Part shown: one piece after another, positions 49,493-60,116 of the stretch
How positions within the stretch are numbered: position 1 is the first letter of the stretch
Layout of the letters: the number at the start of each line of letters is the position of its first letter
Source of the DNA: Candidatus Moraniibacteriota bacterium
GTDB lineage: Bacteria; Patescibacteriota; Minisyncoccia; Moranbacterales; GCA-2747515
Direction of reading: 5' to 3'
Assembly: GCA_027031495.1 (NCBI GenBank)
Contig: JALVQA010000014.1
Span: forward strand, 849-64,848
DNA: 64,000 nucleotides
The notes under the pieces: generated by a model
The model's input: only the letters and a program-made list of their open reading frames with translations
What the model was told of the DNA's origin: nothing
The model's database searches: none
Program-made: the position numbers and the translations under genes

Positions 49493-51586
49493 CTACACCT
49501 CTATGACAACCGGCAGGACCATTGGGCGACGCTCTGTCTTCTGGAAGAGAAACTCACCAATCTTGTCTCTGATCTCATTTTCTATGAAGCGGTGGTCAAG
49601 TTTTGTATCTTTGCTTGTTGTCTTTTTGATGATATCACGCACCTTCTTCTTTGTCTCGTTCACAAGATCAAAGTTATCTTTGACAAAAATGAAACCACGT
49701 GATGTTACCTGCATATTACCAACGATCTTCTTTGACTTGCCGTCAATAATAACCGTAATGACAAACATGCCATCACCAGCCAACGCCTTACGATCACGTA
49801 AAACAACGTGTCCAATATCACCAACACCAAGCCCGTCAATAAACACGTAGCTTGCATCGGCTCGCTCTTTGCGCACAATCGGGTGCTTTCCCTTCTTAAT
49901 ATCCAGCACTTGTCCATTATCCAACACAAAAATATTTTCCTCCGGGAAGCCAATTTCCATCGCACGCTTTTTTGCCTCTACAAGCATAAAGTGATTTGCA
50001 TAGATTGGCACGAAGTATTGCGAATCAACAATCTTAATCATCTCCTGTAAGTCTGCCGGCGTTGCATGGCCACCGATGTGAATATCCATGATATCGGAAT
50101 GGATTACGTTATCACATTTACGGTACATGTTGTCTTTAAGGCGCTGTACACTCCGTTCGTTGCCGGGAATAACAGAAGATGAGAACACAACCGTATCCGT
50201 CTTTTTAAGTTTAACAACGCGATGATTACCCGTTACAATGCGATTGAGCGCAGCATTACTCTCACCTTGCGCACCAGTGCAAATAATCAGGATGCGATTG
50301 TCAGGATATTTATCTATATCGTTAATCGGAATAATAAGATCCTTGCGGACATTGAGATAACCCAACTCCTGCGCAATCTCCATGTTTGTACGCATGCTAT
50401 AGCCGTCAAGCGCAACCTTTTTGCCAAGCTTCTGCGCATACTGCAAAATGAGTTTGATACGCGCAACCTGCGATGCAAATGTGCCAAGAATGACGCGCCC
50501 TTTCGCATTTGCAATAATTGACTCAAGATTACTCTGAATAGTTTTTTCCGACTTTGGCGCTTTATTATACGTAACACCAAGACTCTCAAGCATGAGAATA
50601 CGTGGTGCCGGCAATTTTCTTAGGTGATCATAACTAATGACCTTTCCTTCAGCTGGGTCATGATTAATCATCCAATCACCCATGTGAATCGCTGTACCGG
50701 CCGGCGTTTCAAGTGCAACACCCATGCTGTCCATAATAGAATGCTCAACCTCAAAGAAACGCGCAATCATACTTCCCAGTCGTAGTGGACGTGAGACATC
50801 TTTAATTGAAATTGCCTTAAGACGGTCAACTGCCGATGGATCATAGTCGGCAATTTTTTTCTTGATAAGCGCAAGCGTTAAGTCACGCGCAACAATCGGC
50901 GGATAACCAAGTTGCTCAAGTACGATTGGTGCTGCACCGATATGATCAAGGTGACCGTGTGTGAAGATAACTGCACGGATCTTTTTCTTCTTGTCCTTAA
51001 GATAGCTTACATTCGGCACGATGTAGTCAATACCTGGCATATCCTCTTCCGGAAACTGCATACCAATATCAATCACAACAATGTCATTGCCATATTCAAT
51101 GACGTCCATATTGCGTCCCACTTCCTCGTTGCCACCAATCGGGATAATGCGCAAAGTGTCTTTCTCAACAGGCGGCACTGTACTTTCTGGCTTTTTTTGC
51201 GATTCCGGCACATGAACAATTTCACGCATCTGGCGCCGTGATGCACGCTTTTTTGTACTTGCAGTTTTGCGCGCACTTTGCTTTTGCTGCGCTGTGCTAT
51301 GCATCATTGCTTTTTCCGATGTAGCACTCTTGCGACCCACTTTCCTTTTAGCACTTTTTGTGCGACGCTGTACCTTACGTGTATCAGCTCCGACACTCTT
51401 TCGTGCAGCGCGCCCACGCACACTACGTTGTTTTTGAGTACGTGTACTACTTTTATCTCTTTTGACGTTTTTCTGTGTACTCTCTTCACGTGCACTTTCT
51501 ATCTTTGTATCATGCCTCTTTTGTGCTTCTTCACGCTGACGCATACGACGACGTTGATTTGACGTCTGCGTAACTTGTATACTCAT
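49493..51586 (-). CDS. rnj: Ribonuclease J (beta-CASP metallo-beta-lactamase RNase) with a ~150-aa Lys/Arg-rich N-terminal extension.
   Basis: IIPIGGNEEVGRNM...HTHGHLDHIG MBL motif region and a beta-CASP domain. The N-terminal 150 aa are low-complexity and basic. Confidence 0.88.
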   Translation of the reverse strand: MSIQVTQTSNQRRRMRQREEAQKRHDTKIESAREESTQKNVKRDKSSTRTQKQRSVRGRAARKSVGADTRKVQRRTKSAKRKVGRKSATSEKAMMHSTAQQKQSARKTASTKKRASRRQMREIVHVPESQKKPESTVPPVEKDTLRIIPIGGNEEVGRNMDVIEYGNDIVVIDIGMQFPEEDMPGIDYIVPNVSYLKDKKKKIRAVIFTHGHLDHIGAAPIVLEQLGYPPIVARDLTLALIKKKIADYDPSAVDRLKAISIKDVSRPLRLGSMIARFFEVEHSIMDSMGVALETPAGTAIHMGDWMINHDPAEGKVISYDHLRKLPAPRILMLESLGVTYNKAPKSEKTIQSNLESIIANAKGRVILGTFASQVARIKLILQYAQKLGKKVALDGYSMRTNMEIAQELGYLNVRKDLIIPINDIDKYPDNRILIICTGAQGESNAALNRIVTGNHRVVKLKKTDTVVFSSSVIPGNERSVQRLKDNMYRKCDNVIHSDIMDIHIGGHATPADLQEMIKIVDSQYFVPIYANHFMLVEAKKRAMEIGFPEENIFVLDNGQVLDIKKGKHPIVRKERADASYVFIDGLGVGDIGHVVLRDRKALAGDGMFVITVIIDGKSKKIVGNMQVTSRGFIFVKDNFDLVNETKKKVRDIIKKTTSKDTKLDHRFIENEIRDKIGEFLFQKTERRPMVLPVVIEV

Positions 51587-51768
51587 AAATATTTTTTCTT
51601 ACAATAAAATTACATAAACAAGCAGATCAATATCATTGTGCAAACAGATAGTTTTTTTATCAGTTAACACTGTACAATCTGCAACAACCTTGTTTTACTT
51701 ACGTGATTTACACGTAAAACAGGATATTTTATGCGCTGTTACAGCACAAAACATCATTTCCCTAAACG

Positions 51769-51852
51769 TGCCGAAGAGAGGACTTGAACCTCCACGGGGT
51801 CACCCCCACTACGACCTGAACGTAGCGCGTCTACCAATTCCGCCACTTCGGC
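51769..51852 (-). tRNA. tRNA-Leu (anticodon CAG), long variable arm.
   Basis: Manual fold: GCCGAAG acceptor, anticodon loop TTCAGGT, long variable arm, T-arm GGAGG-TTCAAGT-CCTCT. Confidence 0.88.
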
Positions 51853-52008
51853 TTAGCTTTTATATTACATATTTGTACCGGCGCACACGGCAAGGTTACA
51901 CCTCTGCACGCGCGCTTTCTGCACTGCGCTATAGAAATATATTAGCAATGCATTTTAATATGCACAAGATAATGTACAATTATACATGATTGTAGTAATT
52001 TGTCAACA

Positions 52009-53745
52009 CTATTTTTTAAAAACACGCTTTGTTGCAACATACCACGTACTAATTGTTGCAAAACGTTCTGCCGGTCGCGTTACACGATCAACATCAATGC
52101 CACGTACTTTCGGTGAGTGTGCAAAAAGATAGTACGGCGTGTAGAGAAAAACAGCAGGTACATTTTTTGCAATCTTCTCGTTAAATGTCTTGTAAAGTTC
52201 TTTGCGCTTCTGTTCATCGCGTTCACTTTGCGCTTTTTCAAGAATCTTGTCTATATCCTTGTTGGTAAATTGTGAAAAATTTAAGCCGGGCGCTTTCTTT
52301 TGACTGGAGTGCCAGAAGGCGAAGGGATCAGCGTTAAAAGAAAAATATGTTTGCCCAAAGAGAAGCGCATTGTACGACCGTTCTGCCAAAGTTGCACGAA
52401 ATTTATCGCTCTGCAAAACATCGACTTGTACATCAGCACCGACACGCGCCCACTGTTCTTTCAAAATATTTGCTGTCTTTATAACGCTCTCCCATTCCGG
52501 TACAACAAGCGAGAAACGCAGGACTGTTCCTTCGCGCGCGCGAACGCCATCCTCACCCCTTTTCCATCCCTTCTCGTCCAAAAGTTTGTTTGCCGCGTCA
52601 ATATCATAATGTGGCCATGCATCAGTTTCCGAACGCCACGCCATACCATCAACGAATGGCTCCGACAAAACACGACCTTCACCGGCAAAAACAGTATCAA
52701 TGATTGATTGTTTATCCGTTGCCATAGCAAGTGCCGTACGCACGTCGGTATACGCCAGCGCCGCACTCTTGAGTGGATTAAAAAATACTCCGTATACAGC
52801 AGGAATTGTTATACGCTCTATGCGCGGAGCATCATCCGACAGTTTTTCTTTATCCTGCGCGGAAATACTCACACCCATTGCTTGATGTGTCTTGTACAGA
52901 TCAAGCGTACCATCTTCTGTTGACGAAAAAATAAATTTGATGCGATCAATATACGGGTGTTCGCCGTAGTAGTCCTGAAAGCGCGACAGCGTCGTACTTA
53001 AGATCACACCATCTTCGTCCGTGTCATTTTCTTGTAATTTATACGGTCCGGAACCAATTGGCTGCATATTTGCCTTCGCAAGAGCAAAAGCATCCGGTTC
53101 TACATTATTCCAAATATGCTCTGGCAAAATACCAACACGTAATTGTGCCTCAACAAACGGAACAAATGGCTCTTTAAGCTTGAAGCGTACAGTAAAATCA
53201 TCAACACGCTCAACCGTCACATCTGACCACGCACGTGCAAGCGTTGGTGTCACCGTAAAGCGCTGATCTTGGATTGTATGAATTGTATAAACAACATCAT
53301 CCACTGTCACTTGCTCACCATCATGCCAAAGCGCATTTTTTCTCAGATATACCGTATATGTCTTGCCATCATCCGATACATCATAGCGCTCTGCCAAGTC
53401 CGGCACAACACCGCCATGTCCGTCAGCGCGAAAGAGACCGCTATAGACCAGCGTTGTCACATTTGCTTCTGCATCACCTTCCGCGCCAACACGCAGAAGG
53501 AGTGGATTATAGTGCGCCGGCTGCCCAAAGACCGCCTCTGTATAAATACCGCCGTACTTTGGACTTTCTACGGTCATAAAAATAAAACCGGCATATGCCC
53601 AAAAGGCACATGCCACAAGTGTAATGAGTGAAAAAACGAGAACAAGCACCTTCTCAAAAAAAGAAAGCGCATGCAGCGTATTATAAAATGGAAGTCGCGT
53701 AAAGAATGTTGCTATGTGCGTCAAAATACGCATAAAAAGAAACAA
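52009..53745 (-). CDS. ABC transporter substrate-binding protein, family 5 (DppA/OppA-like), N-terminally membrane-anchored.
   Basis: 578 aa. SBP_bac_5-like N-terminal region (YGGIYTEAVFGQPAHYNPLL...LVYSGLF). No adjacent permease or ATPase genes. Confidence 0.75.
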   Translation of the reverse strand: MFLFMRILTHIATFFTRLPFYNTLHALSFFEKVLVLVFSLITLVACAFWAYAGFIFMTVESPKYGGIYTEAVFGQPAHYNPLLLRVGAEGDAEANVTTLVYSGLFRADGHGGVVPDLAERYDVSDDGKTYTVYLRKNALWHDGEQVTVDDVVYTIHTIQDQRFTVTPTLARAWSDVTVERVDDFTVRFKLKEPFVPFVEAQLRVGILPEHIWNNVEPDAFALAKANMQPIGSGPYKLQENDTDEDGVILSTTLSRFQDYYGEHPYIDRIKFIFSSTEDGTLDLYKTHQAMGVSISAQDKEKLSDDAPRIERITIPAVYGVFFNPLKSAALAYTDVRTALAMATDKQSIIDTVFAGEGRVLSEPFVDGMAWRSETDAWPHYDIDAANKLLDEKGWKRGEDGVRAREGTVLRFSLVVPEWESVIKTANILKEQWARVGADVQVDVLQSDKFRATLAERSYNALLFGQTYFSFNADPFAFWHSSQKKAPGLNFSQFTNKDIDKILEKAQSERDEQKRKELYKTFNEKIAKNVPAVFLYTPYYLFAHSPKVRGIDVDRVTRPAERFATISTWYVATKRVFKK

Positions 53746-53767
53746 AAGAATTAGTCAGATCAGTCGC

Positions 53768-53983
53768 CTATACAAAAACTTGCGCAATTGATATAGCTAT
53801 AAAAGCAACTGCCAGCACGATTGTTGCTCGCAGAAGAAACTTCTCAAAACCACGTCGCGTATAATAGCTACTATCCATGCCACCACCAAAGGAGAGCCCC
53901 AGGCCGGAAGAACGTTGCTGCAGCAAAATAGCGATTATCAAGCAAATTGCAATAACTAGTTGTGCCAGTGAAATCATTGTCAT
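53768..53983 (-). CDS. secG: Protein-export membrane protein SecG.
   Basis: 71 aa with two TM helices and the LLQ..SSGLGLSFGGG..S....RG.EKFL.R.T SecG pattern. Confidence 0.72.
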   Translation of the reverse strand: MTMISLAQLVIAICLIIAILLQQRSSGLGLSFGGGMDSSYYTRRGFEKFLLRATIVLAVAFIAISIAQVFV

Positions 53984-54011
53984 AACACTGCTATTCTATA
54001 GTTAAAAACAC

Positions 54012-54938
54012 CTACTCGTCAAGTGGCTGTATATCGCCATCTTCTGAATTGTTACTCTCTTTCTCTTCTTCTTCACCATCATCACCTCTTACTCTGTAAA
54101 AGATTTTTCGCACAAGACGCGCATCCAGTGCCACCAAACGTTCCCTCTCTTGTGACGTAATGCCATCAGAAAGGACACTCTTTATTACTCGTATTGTTGC
54201 AGTAAGTGGTTGTGTCGCCGCAATAGTCAATATCCACCCTTCTTTGGTTGTAGCGCTCAGTTCCTGCGCACGGCGATGCGGCACAGTAATGACATCCTCC
54301 TTAAGAGGAATGCCGTTATTCTTTAGTATTGTAAACAGTGCGTTAAGAAATGATGGCGTGATCGCATTTTTTTGCGTGAACGAGTAATGTGTTTTTGTGC
54401 CAATGTCTTCTATGCGTGTAACGGGATTGTCACGCACAATTTTATCATTATCGGCAACTTCGCGTCCGATCTGTCCGTTATCCTCAAGAAGATAACACTT
54501 TCCTTCAGTATGCATACACCATATGTATACATGGCGCCATTCTTTAATATCAATATTCAATGTATGTGGGAAAGTCATCGTTACATCTACATCACGTATC
54601 ACACCGCTCATATCGCGCACCGTTTGCGCAATATCACGCGGACGCATCAACACATACTGCATACGCGGAAAAAACCGCCACATGGTGCCACTGTATGTCT
54701 TTTGTATGCGCTCTTGAATATCTATAGGATCCACACGCTCTGTTCCCGTCACCACAATCTGTGTTATACGTGCCCCATCCCACAAAAAAAGTGTCCATAA
54801 CAATACAGCGCAGTAAGCAAGTACAAGAAGTAAAAAAAGTATACGTGCATAAATCGGTCGCCGCGCATGACGCCGTGTGCGCCGTGTACGTGCACGCGGC
54901 ACTTTTGATAGTTGTCTTTTCTTACGTGTTCTAATCAT
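54012..54938 (-). CDS. Cell-division FtsQ/DivIB-like protein (single TM plus a POTRA-like domain).
   Basis: Basic N-terminus, one TM helix, then an ITQIVVTGTERVDPIDIQERI POTRA-like segment. 308 aa. Confidence 0.45.
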   Translation of the reverse strand: MIRTRKKRQLSKVPRARTRRTRRHARRPIYARILFLLLVLAYCAVLLWTLFLWDGARITQIVVTGTERVDPIDIQERIQKTYSGTMWRFFPRMQYVLMRPRDIAQTVRDMSGVIRDVDVTMTFPHTLNIDIKEWRHVYIWCMHTEGKCYLLEDNGQIGREVADNDKIVRDNPVTRIEDIGTKTHYSFTQKNAITPSFLNALFTILKNNGIPLKEDVITVPHRRAQELSATTKEGWILTIAATQPLTATIRVIKSVLSDGITSQERERLVALDARLVRKIFYRVRGDDGEEEEKESNNSEDGDIQPLDE

Positions 54939-55834
54939 TTTATTTTGAACAGAAGATGCTCCAGTGTTAGGCGCGTATTTACTTGCATAGTATTCAGTAC
55001 GGTCAGTGCTTCATGGGCACTCTCAAGCCATTGCATTCTACTTCTGCGTTCGCTATCGCTTTTCTTATCAAGAGAACGCCGCCATATGTGCATCCACGTC
55101 ACTATCGCCGTACGTGCGCTCTCCCCATCAGCTGCAAGCTTCTCCGCACATGCGATCTTTTGTGCGTCTGTCATTTGCGGCATATCATGTGCATATTTTA
55201 TTATTTCATCATACCATGCAAGCATCTTTTTATCGCGGATAATTGCCAGTGCGATACCGGGACAACCATGCGCAGCACTTATCACCATATCTCGACGCGC
55301 TTTGTCGTGGATGCATTTTTCTACGACGGCGGCAATTTCGTTGTCACTCACAGGTAGCAATGCTATGCGCTGTGCACGCGAACGCACCGTCTCTAAAAGC
55401 TGTCCTTCATATGCCGTTGTCAAAATGATGACCGTATGCTCCGCCGGCTCCTCCAATGTTTTAAGAAGAGCGTTTTGCGCCGCTATCGTCAACTTATCGG
55501 CGCTTGCAATAATAATAACGCGACGCACACCGGCCAGTGGCGTTTGTGCCGCGTACGTCGTTACTGTTCGCACTGTTTCTACACCGATACTTTTTGTGCG
55601 ACGCGCACCACTCTTTGTCACAACATTCTCTGGCTCAACTACATATATATCTGTATGCGCTTGTGGTGCAGGGCACTGTTTTTTACCATTTACAAGCGCG
55701 GTTGCAAACATCTGTGCAACTGTTGTTTTGCCAACGTGATGCGGCCCCACAAAGAGGTATGCATGCCCGACCGTATCAGTCGCCAGGAGATGATTAAGCT
55801 TTTCTAAAACCGATTTATGCCCAATAACACTCAT
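54935..55834 (-). CDS. holB: DNA polymerase III subunit delta'.
   Basis: HAYLFVGPHHVGKTTVA Walker-A clamp-loader motif. 299 aa. Overlaps its neighbours by 4 nt. Confidence 0.82.
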   Translation of the reverse strand: MSVIGHKSVLEKLNHLLATDTVGHAYLFVGPHHVGKTTVAQMFATALVNGKKQCPAPQAHTDIYVVEPENVVTKSGARRTKSIGVETVRTVTTYAAQTPLAGVRRVIIIASADKLTIAAQNALLKTLEEPAEHTVIILTTAYEGQLLETVRSRAQRIALLPVSDNEIAAVVEKCIHDKARRDMVISAAHGCPGIALAIIRDKKMLAWYDEIIKYAHDMPQMTDAQKIACAEKLAADGESARTAIVTWMHIWRRSLDKKSDSERRSRMQWLESAHEALTVLNTMQVNTRLTLEHLLFKIK

Positions 55835-56991
55835 AGAATACGCGTTCGTATTTCTTCAGCGACAGCATCATCAATAATTTTCATCATCGTCGCACGGAAT
55901 GATGATGCACTAAATTGTGCCGCCTTCGCTCGCATAGCAGCCACATCATATCCACCGGCACGCTCGCGCTCTAGAAAGCGCCGGATACCATCCGCCAGAA
56001 CCTCTTGCGTCTGCGCAAAAAACAACTCACCTGTTACTCCCGGCTGAACAATCTCGCATGCACCACCACGTCCGTAGGCGATTACCGGCGTGCCGTGTGC
56101 GAGTGCTTCTGCCATAACTAATCCAAAGTCTTCCTCTGCAGGAAAAAGTACCGCGCGCGCACCAGCATAGTACTGCGCCAACTTCTCGTCACTCTGCCAG
56201 CCAAGGATTTTTACTGTCGGTCCAGCACTCTTTGTGAGCACTTTCTTCATACGTCCACTGCCAACAACGATAAGCGGCAGCGACAAGCGCGTACACACAT
56301 CAACAGCTAATTTCACATTTTTATACTCAGATAAGCGTGCAACAATGAGAAAATAGTTTTTTTTGTGTACATCACACGATTTTGTAACTGTTACAGGTGG
56401 ATAAACAACATGTGCTTTGCGACGATAAAACTTCTCTATACGACTCTGCGTATAGCGAGAGTTTGCAACAAGCACATCCGGTCGTTGCGCCGCTTCAAAG
56501 TCCCATACGCGCAAGTATGACAAAAGCGCACGCAGAAAAATGCCGGGCTCTCTCTTTACACGCTGCCGTGCATAGCGGATGTTTTCGTCCCATACAAAAC
56601 GCATTGGCGAGTGAATGTATGCAACATGTACCGTTGATACGCGTGTAACAATACCCTTGCTCCATGCACCGGACGATGATATGACGACATCATAATCGCG
56701 TAAATCAAACATCTCGGGCGCTGTCGGCAACAACGGCAAAAGCCATTTTGTATGTCGTCGACACCATCGCGGCAAGCGCTGTAAAAACGATGTATGTATA
56801 CGCCGCTTCCGAAAGTGTTTTTCTAGCGGTTTCATACCCTCTTTATCATAAAGCAATGTAAAAATTGGTGCATGTGGAAACAGGTCCATCAAAGCAACAA
56901 GTACTTTTTCAGCACCGCCAGGATAAAGTAAAAAATCGTGCACAAGCGCAACACGTTTTTGTTGTATGTCCTCTTTTATCTTTTTTGTCAT
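55831..56991 (-). CDS. Glycosyltransferase family 4 (GT-B, group 1).
   Basis: C-terminal ED..LVMAEALAHGTPVIAYGRGGACEIV, an EX7E-type GT4 motif. 386 aa. Confidence 0.82.
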   Translation of the reverse strand: MTKKIKEDIQQKRVALVHDFLLYPGGAEKVLVALMDLFPHAPIFTLLYDKEGMKPLEKHFRKRRIHTSFLQRLPRWCRRHTKWLLPLLPTAPEMFDLRDYDVVISSSGAWSKGIVTRVSTVHVAYIHSPMRFVWDENIRYARQRVKREPGIFLRALLSYLRVWDFEAAQRPDVLVANSRYTQSRIEKFYRRKAHVVYPPVTVTKSCDVHKKNYFLIVARLSEYKNVKLAVDVCTRLSLPLIVVGSGRMKKVLTKSAGPTVKILGWQSDEKLAQYYAGARAVLFPAEEDFGLVMAEALAHGTPVIAYGRGGACEIVQPGVTGELFFAQTQEVLADGIRRFLERERAGGYDVAAMRAKAAQFSASSFRATMMKIIDDAVAEEIRTRIL

Positions 56992-57194
56992 AACGCTTAT
57001 CTCTCATCAGGTGTCATCATTCACATACCCCACAACACACCATATACACCAATCTGTACGTGTACTCCTAGTCATTATATCATGCCTACTCCAATACTCG
57101 CAGGCTATTTGTTGATTGTACTATGCAAATCCCACACGCCAAACTACACGACAAACTTATTGAGAACTTCAGGATGTCATGATATCATTTAGCT

Positions 57195-58040
57195 ATGTTA
57201 AACACTAACAGCACTATCATGAAGGATGCATTCACCACTTCGCACAAAAAGAAAAGACGACGAATGGTGATTCTCATCGTTATTCTCCTCGCGCTATTTG
57301 TCCCGTTTAAGCGCCCGGCAAGAATGGCAGTGTGTTATGATGTAATGCGATCGGCAGAATGGACAACGCCACTGCTGTACATCTTAGATGTTTTTATAGA
57401 ATTGGGCTCCTGTATACATGAGGAATCATACGACGACGACTGCACGGAAACTTCTGATGGGACACGAATATGCCTTCCTGCAAAACCCGTCATTTACCTC
57501 TATCCGGAACAAACGACGGAAGTATTTGTAAGACTTGACTATGATGGTACCATTATCGCAGACTACCCACGCTATGACAAAAAACTAAAGGGGTGGCACG
57601 TCATTGCCCACCGCGATGGCACACTCATCAATACAGCAGACAACCGTGAGTACAGCTACCTCTTCTGGGAAGGGAGTCCGATAAAGCACGCTGCGTGGGA
57701 TTTCTCCAGAGGCTTTGTAGTCAAAGGAGAGGATACGAGAGAGTTTTTACAAAAAATACTTGCGCAAATAGGTCTGACACCGAGAGAGTACAATGAATTT
57801 ATCGTCTACTGGTATCCACGCATGAAAGATCATGCCTACAACCTCATTCACTTTGCCGGCAAACAATACACGGATATCGCACCGCTCACGATTCACCCAA
57901 CACCTGATGCTATGCTACGCGTCTTTATGGTTTACAAACCTCTTAAAAAACCTGTTGCCGTCACGCCACAGGAAATCAAACCGTTTGTGCGTAAGGGGTT
58001 CACGGTTGTTGAGTGGGGTGGAATGGCGGTAGAAAACTAG
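57195..58040 (+). CDS. Hypothetical membrane-anchored protein.
   Basis: 281-aa ORF with one N-terminal TM helix (MVILIVILLALFVPF). No known motif. Confidence 0.5.
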   Translation: MLNTNSTIMKDAFTTSHKKKRRRMVILIVILLALFVPFKRPARMAVCYDVMRSAEWTTPLLYILDVFIELGSCIHEESYDDDCTETSDGTRICLPAKPVIYLYPEQTTEVFVRLDYDGTIIADYPRYDKKLKGWHVIAHRDGTLINTADNREYSYLFWEGSPIKHAAWDFSRGFVVKGEDTREFLQKILAQIGLTPREYNEFIVYWYPRMKDHAYNLIHFAGKQYTDIAPLTIHPTPDAMLRVFMVYKPLKKPVAVTPQEIKPFVRKGFTVVEWGGMAVEN

Positions 58041-58123
58041 AAGAACCGTACGCAATGCACACCACATGTTAAGGTGTGTTGGCTATGAGAATAGCGAGAA
58101 CCTGAGCCGGTCCGCTTACAAAA

Positions 58124-58216
58124 CTTTTTCTGTTATACACGTCGCGACCTCGCGTGCGCATCGCCCCCAGCTGAAGTGTGCGAGGTTCGCGTGACCTCTG
58201 GCTATTATATCATGCC
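58124..58216. repeat. 93-nt repeat, copy A, 94% identical to copy B at 60832-60924. Carries GGCATGATATAAT on the minus strand.
   Basis: Direct comparison of the two copies: 6 mismatches in 93 nt, with the 3' 51 nt identical. Confidence 0.85.
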
Positions 58217-58314
58217 TATGAGATATCTGTAATTTTGCCCATATCAAAAAAAGAAAACCGACAGCATAGCTACTACTACACTGTCGGTTAATGCAGAGGA
58301 TGCCGGCTCCTTAC

Positions 58315-60012
58315 TTACTGCCGCACAAACCCATGCACACGGACGCTCACATTATCAAAAATGCTCGTGTCCTGGGCGTTGCGTATGTATGCCGCCAACT
58401 CCGCATCCAGCGGTATGCGCGCTGTCAGCGTCATGGTGTTTGCATCATACGCAAAATGCCCACAGTACGGGTGGTACGCATCCATGGAAGTAAGCCCCAC
58501 ATCCCAGTGTGCGCCATGGTTGAAGCATGCCTGAGCAAGCCACGCATCAGGATTGAGAGGTTCCTGAAGAAACGTGGCGGAGTTGTAGAGGTTCTCCGTG
58601 TGGGTGATTATCCACGTCAATGTTGTGCCATTGAGCTCAAAGGACCCACGCTCCGTACCCGGTGAATGCGTCAGCGACCAATTGCCGGCGTTAATGTTCC
58701 ATCCGGCATTGATGGCATAGAGTGATGTCAGCCCGGAGAGGTCCTGCGGCTGCGGCGCTGTTTCGCCACCGCCATTGCTCGCACCGCCCCACTCATCCGC
58801 ATCAGTCCACAAATCTTCCGCTGCGACATAGAAAATGTTCTCCTGCGTGCAGTTGTCCGATTCGTGCTCTTCCCTGTAGGCATAGGGCTTGCCACCGTGA
58901 TTGGATGTGCGATCCACGCACGCCACAAGGTTGTACACGCCACCGGGCTGAATGAGCCCACGCGCAGACAGCTCCGCGAGGTTCACGGGGATTTCTTCCA
59001 CGTGTGTTTCCCACGGCTCCAGATTGCGCCCGCGTGTCGTTGCCGTGCCAACATGCACCCACCGCGAGTGCGCATCCTCCTTCTTACCTTTTGACAGAAA
59101 GACGCGCGTTTCTATGCGCTTGCTTCCTTTGATTTTGCCATCACCGGCATTACCAAGAAGCGCACGGAAGTACAGCGTGTCCGTTGCCTTGTAGGTATAC
59201 TCTTCCCAGCCGTTGTCCTTGTCGGTCCAGAGCGAACCATACCAGATAACGAAGTTTGGCAAGGTGGTATGCGACTCTCGCGGATGTGCCGCACCGGCGC
59301 CCGTGCCTATACCGGGGACGTTTGCGGCCATGACGCGGAGCGTCTGACCATCACCAGAAACACGAACGTTGTATACTATACGTCCTGCATCTGACATATC
59401 AATATCACGATACTCTGGATTTGTTGTACGCACAATCGTACGACCATTACCATGATAAAGATTCGTTGCCTCTGATGGTGATTGGCCTTCCGGCACACAA
59501 ACAATGCCGTAGCCCATATTATCAACACAATCAAGCAAACGACTCTGACGGATATCCCATATAACATCTCCCCAAAAATTATTGAAGCGATCATCGTCAT
59601 ACCATAGAAATAATTGCTCCAGATCTTTTCTATGAAATGGCCAGATGCTTGTACCAACACAGATTCTGACAATGTTGCCATCCGCCCAGTTATTGTGCCC
59701 GAGAGGAATGATAAAGCTACCATTATCATCATTGAGGCGTTTGTTGAGTGCAGTAAGTCCACCACGAGTTTCGTAGTCAATCTTGATCATCGCCGGATTA
59801 AACGAACCACCAACATTGTCCTTAATGCTAGATATATCAAAGTAAAGCTCCTTATCAAATCCATCACACCCTTGACCATTACTATTTTTGACAAGATAGC
59901 CATTACTTGACTTCAGATACCCTTTGGACCATCTGCTTGGGAAAATGTTACCATCAGCAAGAACATTTATGCTAAACAACAGCAACACACCCATCGCAAT
60001 ACATTTTTTCAT
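58315..60012 (-). CDS. Secreted hypothetical protein (565 aa) with an N-terminal signal peptide.
   Basis: MKKCIAMGVLLLFSINVLADG signal peptide. GC ~55%, above background. No recognised domain. Confidence 0.72.
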   Translation of the reverse strand: MKKCIAMGVLLLFSINVLADGNIFPSRWSKGYLKSSNGYLVKNSNGQGCDGFDKELYFDISSIKDNVGGSFNPAMIKIDYETRGGLTALNKRLNDDNGSFIIPLGHNNWADGNIVRICVGTSIWPFHRKDLEQLFLWYDDDRFNNFWGDVIWDIRQSRLLDCVDNMGYGIVCVPEGQSPSEATNLYHGNGRTIVRTTNPEYRDIDMSDAGRIVYNVRVSGDGQTLRVMAANVPGIGTGAGAAHPRESHTTLPNFVIWYGSLWTDKDNGWEEYTYKATDTLYFRALLGNAGDGKIKGSKRIETRVFLSKGKKEDAHSRWVHVGTATTRGRNLEPWETHVEEIPVNLAELSARGLIQPGGVYNLVACVDRTSNHGGKPYAYREEHESDNCTQENIFYVAAEDLWTDADEWGGASNGGGETAPQPQDLSGLTSLYAINAGWNINAGNWSLTHSPGTERGSFELNGTTLTWIITHTENLYNSATFLQEPLNPDAWLAQACFNHGAHWDVGLTSMDAYHPYCGHFAYDANTMTLTARIPLDAELAAYIRNAQDTSIFDNVSVRVHGFVRQ

Positions 60013-60116
60013 GCAACTAACTCCTTTGCCATCATCGACAAATTTAATTGTAAAAGAAAGCGCAGCAAAACTGCTGCCACAAATACTCTAATATGATCAC
60101 AAAACAAAATCAATCA

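Noticed and set aside
54912-55739. 275-aa + strand ORF antisense to holB.
   Set aside because: Fully antisense to a motif-supported gene. Artefact.
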